Below, piece after piece: positions 10,172 to 18,382 of a stretch of DNA of 49,941 nucleotides. The DNA is from Synechococcus sp. (GTDB taxonomy: Bacteria > Cyanobacteriota > Cyanobacteriia > Thermostichales > PCC-7336): assembly GCA_051439605.1 (NCBI GenBank), contig JBFRWN010000128.1, forward strand, positions 1 through 49,941, written 5' to 3'. The translations under genes and the position numbers were made by a program. Under the pieces are notes generated by a model, which saw only the letters and a list, made by a program, of their open reading frames with translations, made no database searches and was not told the origin of the DNA. Positions within the stretch are counted from its first letter, which is position 1. Each line of letters opens with the position of its first letter.

Positions 10172-10474
10172 TTATGTAGAGTATTTTGTACTTGATTGCC
10201 GTCCAAACTCGTGGAAAAATCTGCCCACAGGCAGTGTCATTGGATTGGCAATTGGAAGATCTTTAGAGTCTCTAGCGAGATAGTTATCTACAAACTTCTT
10301 CTGTTTTACTTGCCAGTCAATATCGTGGAAGAATTGATCTAAAGAAGCACATCTCCAGTCATCATTTCTTTCCTCCAGCACAATATTTGACTGCAGAGAT
10401 AGCCGATCGCCATCCCAGGAAATATCTCCAAAAAAGCTACGAACGCTAGTCCGATAGGAAATTGCTACCCCCAT
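10172..10474 (-). CDS. Small hypothetical protein with three [VL]xxFF repeats (Slr0145-like position), copy 1
   Basis: ATG overlaps the upstream V4R stop (TAATG at 10476-10472); the paralogue at 15802..16104 conserves the repeats. Confidence 0.75.
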   Translation of the reverse strand: MGVAISYRTSVRSFFGDISWDGDRLSLQSNIVLEERNDDWRCASLDQFFHDIDWQVKQKKFVDNYLARDSKDLPIANPMTLPVGRFFHEFGRQSSTKYST

Positions 10475-11202
10475 TATCCCAAGCACTCCCCAGCAATCAG
10501 ACGTTTTTCAATATCTTTCGCCGTTGCCCCTTCTTCTAACCAAAAGCTAGCTGCATCTACACGATCCCGCTTGCCTAATAAAAACTTGCAGAAGGTCGAT
10601 CCCATCGAATAGCACTGTAACTCCACACAACCCAGTTTCTGATTGTTGAAGTTGCTAAAGAATCCTGCAAACAATCCAGCATAAATATGGCAAACGGGTT
10701 TACCAACGTTGCCCAGGGTACGAGCGACAGCAGAGTCGTAGATATTAATGGTCAAAAAGCCATTGTCACGATCTTCTAGATCGATATCCCAATTGCCCCA
10801 CCCTTGGGCAGTAAATGGCCACCACCAGGATTCCAGTACCAAGCCCAAATTCGTGGTGAGCAAGCTGCTCTTATATTCTTCTTCGTACCAACCCTTGAAA
10901 AACTTGGCATCTTTTTGCCCCCAGGATTTGCCAATGTTGTACATTACAACGCTGGAGGCATTGCCTACTTCTTCGTCTAGGCCATTAATTAAGCCGATAA
11001 TGAAATCTTCGCTGACGAAGATATTGCGAGATTTATTCCAGTCGGTAAAGGTGCCGATCTCGCGGTTGAGCTGGAAATAATCCTCAAAGCGATAGTGGGC
11101 ATGGAGCTGAGGATACAGCTCGCGTAAGGGGCGACCGGCCTTGCTGCCCGTTCGGCCGTCCTCCTCTGAAGTCGTATCGATAAAACCAGCAGTTGAGAGC
11201 AT
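10474..11202 (-). CDS. V4R-domain protein (Slr0144-like), copy 1
   Basis: WWWPFTAQGWG, PVCHIYAGLFAGFF, CVELQCYSMGSTFC; ATG at 11202 preferred over GTG at 11250. Confidence 0.88.
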   Translation of the reverse strand: MLSTAGFIDTTSEEDGRTGSKAGRPLRELYPQLHAHYRFEDYFQLNREIGTFTDWNKSRNIFVSEDFIIGLINGLDEEVGNASSVVMYNIGKSWGQKDAKFFKGWYEEEYKSSLLTTNLGLVLESWWWPFTAQGWGNWDIDLEDRDNGFLTINIYDSAVARTLGNVGKPVCHIYAGLFAGFFSNFNNQKLGCVELQCYSMGSTFCKFLLGKRDRVDAASFWLEEGATAKDIEKRLIAGECLG

Positions 11203-11404
11203 CGTCAGTGTCCTTCCCAGCGTAAAACTAGGGTCATGCAAATAGGGCACGGGATAGATCTGCTGGGTTCAACCCAACGACCTGATTCCCAGTTATCACC
11301 TAGGGAAATGCAGCGCCCACTTCAGCAGTTCGCCGAATGGCTTCTGTCCCAGAAACAACCGTCCCCCCTTTGACAAGCGGGATTGCCCCGCCCTGTCCAC
11401 ATTG

Positions 11405-11417
11405 ATTGGATACCCAG
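11405..11417 (-). promoter_or_regulatory. Conserved upstream element CTGGGTATCCAAT (possible SigF/SigB-type GGGTAT promoter element), copy 1
   Basis: Identical 13-mer at 17040-17052; about 205 nt upstream of the first start codon in both operon copies. Confidence 0.5.
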
Positions 11418-12376
11418 ACTTAGTAGTCTCGCTGGCCGCATTTACACGTACGCATTACCTTGCATTCTGCACACTTAACTGGCATTGATTTTGCAGAGAC
11501 AGCAAGATTTCCCACATCAAATTACAGATAAACTCGACAATTAATACATACTTGGAAGATTCGTAACGGATTTTCGAGTACAGACTTTCAGGGAGCCAGC
11601 TGAAGTTAAAAATCATTAAGCTTGTTGTCAAAAATTTTAGAGAAGAGAAGCTCAAACCCAATTGCAGCGTGAAGTTAAGCTGGTTTCTGGAAAGAATATA
11701 TATAGAGCAACCCCCACAGGCAAAACGCTGTGGGGTAAACGACGACCCTTTCTTTATTTACAAAACTTGACCGGAGGAGGTTGAGAAAAGATGGTTCCGG
11801 AAAATAGATAGGAACAACTGTATTTAGAGCTAGCAATGATGCTACTTTTATGTATCAGTAATCCCCACAGTAATAGCTGAAATATTTTGAGTATTACTTG
11901 AGGAATCTACTCCCATATCCTCCACGCATGAGAGCCGATTGCAATTCTTAGGGAGTCCAAGTTCGACTACGACATTGGGGAACATCCATCGCATCACTTC
12001 AAACTCATCCCGCTTAGCGCTATAAGCTTAGGCGACTCAACTATTTCAGGAAATATTCTTACAAATCCTGGTGATTTGACTTAAGAATATAAAAAAAACT
12101 TCAAATGCCTGTCAGGTTGAGGTTTGCTTCAATAATTGAGCGATTCATGGAGTGGAGTGATTCATGCTGTTGCAGCGATCGCATTCTATTGATGAACGCT
12201 ACGAACAGGGCTCGCTTACCAGCAAATTAAGCAGTTGATTACATCTTGAGGGCCACCGGCTGATAACACTGTAAGACGATAGCAACTGCTAATCTGCCTG
12301 GGTTGCCGTCGGCTAGGGCTATGCCTGAGCTACCCCAACTGAAATGGTTACTGATTTCGGGTCCATACAGCACACT

Positions 12377-13192
12377 CTAAGTAAACAGACCCTCCATAAC
12401 CACCAACTCGGGAGACTGGATGTCGTCATCGAAGCTTTCTGGGCTTTGCTGCTGCTCCAGTTGGTGCAAGTTGCTCGACAGTTCTTTTGCCTTGCTGTAA
12501 GACTCGATATTCCCCTCCTCAAAGAAGACCTTGGCTGCATTGCGCATATCCTCAACTGCTTCCTGCTTGTTGCCTAATTTTGCGTTTGCTTTACCACGGT
12601 TAAAGTAAGCTTTTGCATTTTTTGGATCTCGGGCGATCGCTTCGCTGTAATCCAGAATCGCTTCTTCCAAATCTCCCAGCCGATGGTGACCCATAGCTCT
12701 TAAGTAATAGGACGAGGAGGTGGGAGGATCGTTCAAAATTTGTTGCGTGCAATTTTGTACTGTCCTGAGGTTGAGAGCCACAGACTGCAAATTATTGAGT
12801 TGCTTGTCTGATTCTTGCACTTGTGATGCTATGGCAGCCATTTGTCGATCTTGCTTGCTCTGGAATTGCTCAAGCAGCTTCGTTTGCATCGAAATTATGG
12901 CCTCCTGGCTTTCAATTCTCTGCGTTTGGCTATCAAGTTGTTGCTTGCGATGGCAAAGACTAAGGGTTGCAGTAACCGACAGCGGAATTGCAGCCAGAGC
13001 AACCTGCTGCATCAATGCCGCGGCAATAGAGCCACCAAATGAAGCGACGATCGCCGCCCACTCAGCCGCTGCCAACCTGCTTTGCTTTTTACTTGAAGGA
13101 TGAGCCTGAGAATATGTTCCTAAAGTCTCAGAAGTTTTTAGATTTTCAGGAATGTCTAGATCTTTGGGAGACATAGCGTTCTGTTCTGACAT
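12377..13192 (-). CDS. Membrane-anchored TPR protein (Slr0151-like), copy 2
   Basis: Same architecture as 6815..7612; shares LRTVQNCTQQILN and the C-terminal VMEGLF. Confidence 0.85.
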   Translation of the reverse strand: MSEQNAMSPKDLDIPENLKTSETLGTYSQAHPSSKKQSRLAAAEWAAIVASFGGSIAAALMQQVALAAIPLSVTATLSLCHRKQQLDSQTQRIESQEAIISMQTKLLEQFQSKQDRQMAAIASQVQESDKQLNNLQSVALNLRTVQNCTQQILNDPPTSSSYYLRAMGHHRLGDLEEAILDYSEAIARDPKNAKAYFNRGKANAKLGNKQEAVEDMRNAAKVFFEEGNIESYSKAKELSSNLHQLEQQQSPESFDDDIQSPELVVMEGLFT

Positions 13193-13387
13193 GAATAAGA
13201 CTCCGAATGTTTGTGGCGTTAATCGTGGATGCTGGCTAGTGGAGAGCAGGTCTAAGTAAATGTGTTTTGACTATTTAGGCAAAAGATACGAGTGTAATTC
13301 TATCGATATCAATCCAGCATCATTTGACAAGAATACATACATCAATCTAAGAAAAGATAATATCTCCAGTTGACAATCTTAGAGTTA

Positions 13388-13867
13388 CTAGTTTGCGATA
13401 ATAGCTCGGTATAAATCAATTGTTGGTTTGACGTATTGTTGCTCATTAACTTCGAGATACTTACAAATAACGGCAAACTTCTCCTGATAGGACAAATCAG
13501 TCAACTTCCTGCATTTACTGGGTTTAGTCTTACTAATAATGGTGCGATACCACGATAGTAGTGATTGTTTGAGCCGTTCTAGATCGCCAGAAAGTACTGT
13601 AGCAGCAGTATATTTCAAGCTAATCCCTTGGTCGCGATGAAATACCATCTTGAAATCTTTGCCTTCACCAATGAAAATTTCTGGATCTATTTCCAACAAA
13701 CGTTGCTCCAGTTCAAAGGCAATATCAGAACGAAACTCCCTTAGCTTTTTATAAGCTTTCGTACGCATCTTTGCAGAGGCAATATAGTCTTGCAAAAATG
13801 ACAACTCCTCATCGGTGGCATATCGCCCGTCACAATCAACTGTGAGCTGTGATAATTGGTTGAGCAT
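13388..13867 (-). CDS. Allophycocyanin/phycobiliprotein-like protein (Slr0149-like), copy 2
   Basis: CDGRYATDEEL; ISLKYTAATVLSGDLERLKQS is almost identical to copy 1. Confidence 0.8.
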   Translation of the reverse strand: MLNQLSQLTVDCDGRYATDEELSFLQDYIASAKMRTKAYKKLREFRSDIAFELEQRLLEIDPEIFIGEGKDFKMVFHRDQGISLKYTAATVLSGDLERLKQSLLSWYRTIISKTKPSKCRKLTDLSYQEKFAVICKYLEVNEQQYVKPTIDLYRAIIAN

Positions 13868-13952
13868 CGTGTATTACTCCAAATCTTAGTAGTGCATTCA
13901 GGATTGATGGCTGATAAAACTCTTAACGCGAACCGTGACCTTGGGTTGGTAA

Positions 13953-14471
13953 TTAGACGCTATCGGTATTGGTTAAAAGGCGTGAAATTTCTAGCTGGGC
14001 TGCTTTCAATTCCTGGGCTACAGTGCGGGTAATGAGTTTGTACTCTTCCACCATCAACTTGCCGGACAGGGGATGAAGGATGTCTTCCTGAGCTCGCCGA
14101 CCAATGAGCTGTTCGATATCGTCCTTTGTGCTGAGGTACATCCCTTCGGGAACCTCAACCTCAATGTCTCCCCCCAGAACCCTGGCCTGACAAGAGAGTC
14201 GAGAATTCTCGCCACATTGGGGCAGCATCGATAAGGTTCGTCTCTCCCGCCCTGCTATCGGAGAGAGGTTCTCAGCCCCTTTATTAACGTGCACATGGCA
14301 GGTTGCGCACATTCCGCGGCGATCGCATTCCTGTAAGATATTGAGTCTTTGGGAGAGTAACGCAGTCAACAACGGTTCATTTTCTTGGACGGACACACGG
14401 GCGTTAACCGGTTCGATTTTGACAGTAGCCATGGTTTTCTTAGATTGGCTGACTTGGCTCTCGGTCATCAT
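13953..14471 (-). CDS. 2Fe-2S ferredoxin with C-terminal extension (Slr0148-like), copy 2
   Basis: CDRRGMCATCH...RLSCQ; all four ligand Cys present. Confidence 0.88.
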   Translation of the reverse strand: MMTESQVSQSKKTMATVKIEPVNARVSVQENEPLLTALLSQRLNILQECDRRGMCATCHVHVNKGAENLSPIAGRERRTLSMLPQCGENSRLSCQARVLGGDIEVEVPEGMYLSTKDDIEQLIGRRAQEDILHPLSGKLMVEEYKLITRTVAQELKAAQLEISRLLTNTDSV

Positions 14472-14477
14472 GTTCTA

Positions 14478-15149
14478 TTACTCCTCTGCTAGATTTGGAC
14501 ATAGACGAAGCAGGATTGTGGTGTGAGATTCTCCTTCTCTCACCCCAGCATCAGCGGGCTTGAGGCGGTCTTCGTTGCCCACAATAAATGTGTTAAACGG
14601 AACCCCCATCGATTCACAAGTGGTTTGGACGCAGTGCAGCGCTTCCCCACTTAGCTGAGTAAAGAAGGCGCTCAAAAATCCCGATTCCACAGCACAGTTG
14701 GGTCGGTCGTGGTTGCGGGCAGCCCGCGCAAAGGAGGAGTTACTTGTGCGTACGACGATGAACCCCTGGTCTCGATACTGCATATCCAGTTCGAGGCTGC
14801 CCCAGCCGTGTGTCTTCCAACATTGCTTCAGGGATTGCAAGAATTCCACCATCTCCAGTTCGATGAATGGCTTCTGGTGGTAGGAACTCAAGCCCTGAGA
14901 AAATCTGCGGAAAAAATTTCTCCCCCACCATTGACCGCAACTAAATAAAACTTGGTGGGACGCTTCCCCCAATTCCTCTTCTATACCCGCATATATCCCC
15001 TGTAGAAAGTTGTCGGGCAAGGATAACAATCTGGATCCAGCGCGGTCTTCTAACAAACCGGCCTCGAAGTCTCCTTTCACGTAAGCATCTGTCGCAAAGT
15101 AATTACTTGGAATACTCGCTTCGCTAAGTAAGTTGCTGATATCAAGCAC
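14478..15149 (-). CDS. V4R-domain protein (Slr0147-like), copy 2
   Basis: HGWG, PNCAVESGFLSAFF, CVQTTCESMG; GTG start. Confidence 0.85.
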   Translation of the reverse strand: MLDISNLLSEASIPSNYFATDAYVKGDFEAGLLEDRAGSRLLSLPDNFLQGIYAGIEEELGEASHQVLFSCGQWWGRNFFRRFSQGLSSYHQKPFIELEMVEFLQSLKQCWKTHGWGSLELDMQYRDQGFIVVRTSNSSFARAARNHDRPNCAVESGFLSAFFTQLSGEALHCVQTTCESMGVPFNTFIVGNEDRLKPADAGVREGESHTTILLRLCPNLAEE

Positions 15150-15243
15150 AATCGTTAAAACCTTTTAGTGGGTGGACTGAGGGAATACGCTTGGGGGACG
15201 CTAGCCACAAAAACATTGGCGGGTGAGTCTACTGCGGTAAGTA

Positions 15244-15735
15244 CTACTTAAACTGGAAGGCGAAGTTTGAGTCTGCGGCTTCAAGGAGTGTTTCTTTCGC
15301 CAACATCAGATAGGGATTTAGCAGTTCTATTTCTTCGCTAGATAGAAATTTCTTGAGTCGCCGCTTTAGCAGTTGAAAGAGAGAGCCTTCAACATCTTGT
15401 AGGTTGTGGGCCACAATCACTTCTGGCAACCATTCCAACAGGCGATATTTGAGAAAGTCAGGGCTATCGATCAGCATGGCCATCGAGCAGTAGCGCAACA
15501 CCAGAATCCAGTGTTTCAGAGCCTGCTGCAGGCGCTGCGGAGATTCTTTGGGATATTCTTCTCGCAGGCTCAGGGCAACACGCTGAAATATTTTTTCCTC
15601 GCTTTCTCGCAGTTGTCTGTAGAGATTGAGGCGAGTTTCTAAGTTTTCGACAGAGGTCTCAAAGAAATCTAGATCGCTGTCTTTAAGATAGTTGTCCTGG
15701 GCTGCGTGAAACAGGATGTTTAATTGATCGAGCAT
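15244..15735 (-). CDS. Phycobiliprotein-like globin-fold protein (Slr0146-like), copy 2
   Basis: AQDNYLKDSDL, HWILVLRYCSMAML. Confidence 0.78.
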   Translation of the reverse strand: MLDQLNILFHAAQDNYLKDSDLDFFETSVENLETRLNLYRQLRESEEKIFQRVALSLREEYPKESPQRLQQALKHWILVLRYCSMAMLIDSPDFLKYRLLEWLPEVIVAHNLQDVEGSLFQLLKRRLKKFLSSEEIELLNPYLMLAKETLLEAADSNFAFQFK

Positions 15736-15801
15736 GAATCAACCTTGAAAAACTTCGGGTAAAACCCAGCGCACTGGGTCAACAGGTAACAATGAGAGCT
15801 A

Positions 15802-16104
15802 TCAACTGACTTTTCTTGGGGATGCGAGTTGGCCAAACTCTCGGAAGAAATGACCCACAGGCATTGCCATAGGGTGAATTACAACAATGGAGGTATGAGT
15901 GGAGGCAAAGGTCTCGCGTCTTCGAGTCCAATCCATATCCCCAAAAAAACTCTCGATTGAAGTACAACGCCAGTTAGCTGCATCTACCGACCCATCGGCT
16001 TGAGCAACTGAATCCGTTGAAGACTTCGAGGTGATTCCTGACCAGGTAATGTCATTAAAAAAGCTAGTGACAGTCATGCAGTAGGGGGAAAGCAATGCGG
16101 TCAT
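15802..16104 (-). CDS. Small hypothetical protein with three [VI]xxFF repeats, copy 2
   Basis: ATGA overlap with the upstream V4R stop; repeats TVTSFFNDITW, SIESFFGDMDW, PVGHFFREFG. Confidence 0.75.
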   Translation of the reverse strand: MTALLSPYCMTVTSFFNDITWSGITSKSSTDSVAQADGSVDAANWRCTSIESFFGDMDWTRRRETFASTHTSIVVIHPMAMPVGHFFREFGQLASPRKVS

Positions 16105-16832
16105 CCTAGATACTCCCCATTGATCAAGCGCTTCTGAACGTCTTTCGCAGTGGCTCCTTCTTCAAGCCAGAAATTGGCGGCATCCACCCGATCTTGTTTG
16201 CCCAGGAGGAATTTGCAGTAGGTGGAACCCATGGCGTAACACTGCATCTCTACGCAACCCAGATCTTTATTGCTGAAATTGCTGAAAAATCCTGCAAACA
16301 GACCTGCATATATATGGCAGACTGGCTTACCGACGTTACCGAGGGTACGGGCTACTGCGGAATCAAAAATATTGAGGAAGATGAAACCGTTTTTCTGATC
16401 TTGCAAGTCAACATCCCAATTTCCCCACCCCTGCGCGGTAAAAGGCCACCACCAGGATTCCAGCACTAAAGCTAAATCGGTGGTAAGCATGTTGGTTTCG
16501 TACTCTTCTTCGTACCAGTTCTTGAAGAAGTCAGCATCCTGCTTTCCCCAAGCTTTGCCGATGTTGTAGAGAACAATATTGGATGCACTACCGACTTCTG
16601 CATCCAGCCCTTGCATGAGACCAATGATGAAATCTTCGCTAACAAGGATGTTGCGGGATTGGTTCCAGTCGGTCAGGGTTCCCTTTTGGCGATCGAAGTG
16701 GAAAAAGTCTTCGAATCGATAGTGTGCGTGAAGCTTGGGAAAGAGATCGCGCAGACTTTTACCAGAATTTTGCCTCAATTTATCAAATGTGGTTTTGGAG
16801 GCTGTATCAGTCTTTCTAGGTGTTGCAACCAT
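16101..16832 (-). CDS. V4R-domain protein (Slr0144-like), copy 2
   Basis: Core highly similar to 10474..11202; GAGG RBS upstream of ATG. Confidence 0.88.
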   Translation of the reverse strand: MVATPRKTDTASKTTFDKLRQNSGKSLRDLFPKLHAHYRFEDFFHFDRQKGTLTDWNQSRNILVSEDFIIGLMQGLDAEVGSASNIVLYNIGKAWGKQDADFFKNWYEEEYETNMLTTDLALVLESWWWPFTAQGWGNWDVDLQDQKNGFIFLNIFDSAVARTLGNVGKPVCHIYAGLFAGFFSNFSNKDLGCVEMQCYAMGSTYCKFLLGKQDRVDAANFWLEEGATAKDVQKRLINGEYLG

Positions 16833-17039
16833 TATTTCCTCTTTGGATAAAATCCTAGAAGTATCAGCAGTGAAGTAGTTTTACAAGACGAACTACTCCG
16901 TAAGGCCGATATTTCTGGCTCGTGGGGTGTTTTTTTTTAATTAACCAATAGGTACCCCGTCAACGACCCAGAAAGGTTGCAGACAAGGCATCAGATGGAA
17001 GAACAAATGCGCTGACAACCAGATGGGCCACGCATAGTA

Positions 17040-17073
17040 ATTGGATACCCAGGTCCCCAAGGGATAGATCTGC
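17040..17073 (-). promoter_or_regulatory. Conserved upstream elements GCAGATCTATCCC and CTGGGTATCCAAT, copy 2
   Basis: Both 13-mers also occur upstream of copy 1 (11251-11263 and 11405-11417). Confidence 0.5.
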
Positions 17074-18164
17074 GTATTTCTTCTAACGTTGAAAGATATC
17101 AGTATATTTTTTAACAAATAGTAATATGTTCTTGAGTACCGTTATCCCCCCGATCTCGGTCTAGCTAGTCTTAAAATTTTCCAGATCCAATCTGAGTCTT
17201 TGTGTCAATGAAAGAGCGCAAACCCTTTATAGGTAAATCTTTCAATGCCCAATCTCGTTCAGATTATGGGTTAGATAAGAAGAATCAACGAAGAATCTTC
17301 AAAGCTTAACTGTCGCTACGTTGCTACGAGAAAGCATCAGTGTTTTGCCTCAGCGATTCCGCAATACTACCGACAAATAAACTTATATGAAGCCGAAATA
17401 TTAAGCAAAGCTTACACTGCGGCTTTTCTTTTTGCCTTTACCAGCAATCCTCTTCAGGCAATGTGCTGAGCTTTGCAGTCGGCAGCTTCACGGTTATTTA
17501 CTACCCCCTCAGGGCAACCTTAGATAGTTAAAGTTTTGCAAAGATAATACATATAATGTTAATACTCCTGGTATAATTTCATTATTTTCTTAAAAAAACC
17601 ATCTTTTTTGCATTAGTATTAAAGTCTCTTTGATTCGTTTTTTGCCAAAATGAACGCCTCCGACACATGCACCGGAGGCTAATTGCTCGTAAATTCAAGC
17701 TTTGCGAATTAGCGGGGCCTAAGGGCTTATGAAACGCTTTCTCAAAAACTACGAGGTACTGTTTTTGGGTATAGAACTGACATCCAGAGAAATCTTTCCT
17801 GCGGATACAGTCTCCGACATTTGATGTCTGAATGAGTGTGCTATGCCTAGCCTTGGATTGGGGCGGCTAAACTGTCACAAGCGACTGGACGCTCGGCATG
17901 GCTCGTGGAGGCTATCAGCAAGAGGGACCTGTCTCTAATGCCAATCCTTGGATGCCAATAACCTTCAGATATAAAGGTTCTGTACCCCAAAGGATTGATA
18001 TTCAAAGGACGACTCCCCACAATTGAGTACTGCATCAGATGCATTATGCATTGGGTCCGAGATAACATCACGTTGGCTAGGTCACTCCAAGCCCTTGGTG
18101 GGATTGAACCAGCGTTGTGGCAACCTCATAGACGCTCTGGTCGAGGTCATCAACTGAACGACTT

Positions 18165-18302
18165 ACCGTTAGTTCGATAGGGTCTTCTAATTGCGAGACT
18201 GTCCTGAGAAAGCGATGAAGAAACCGGTTTTTGAACTCTCTTGCTTCCCTCCCCCAATGTGGGAGAAGAGGGGCTGGGGGTGAAGGCTATCGAACTCAGG
18301 TT
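18165..18302. repeat. MITE-like / dispersed cyanobacterial repeat
   Basis: 10-bp inverted repeat AGTTCGATAG (18171-18180) / CTATCGAACT (18287-18296) encloses a CCCTCCCCCAA..GGGAGAAGAGGGGCTGGGGGTGA C/G-rich hairpin of the kind seen in cyanobacterial small dispersed repeats. Confidence 0.55.
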
Positions 18303-18382
18303 GAGTTACAGCACCAGAGATGAAATCTTGAAATGTCGTCTAACTGTACGTCTAGCTATAGGGCTGTTATCGCAAGCGCGAA

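Noticed and set aside
11712..11735. Hairpin CCCCACAG-GCAAAACG-CTGTGGGG, superficially like the start of a c-di-GMP-I riboswitch
   Set aside because: Lacks the GAAA tetraloop stem, the receptor and the P1 closure; no U-tract either
7739..15735. Calling the globin-fold genes apcA/apcB/cpc antenna subunits
   Set aside because: Too divergent, no CxRD chromophore Cys, and no linker or lyase genes nearby
17847..18180. Short ORFs in the 16.8-18.4 kb gap as pseudogene or transposase remnants
   Set aside because: No recognisable protein similarity in any frame shown
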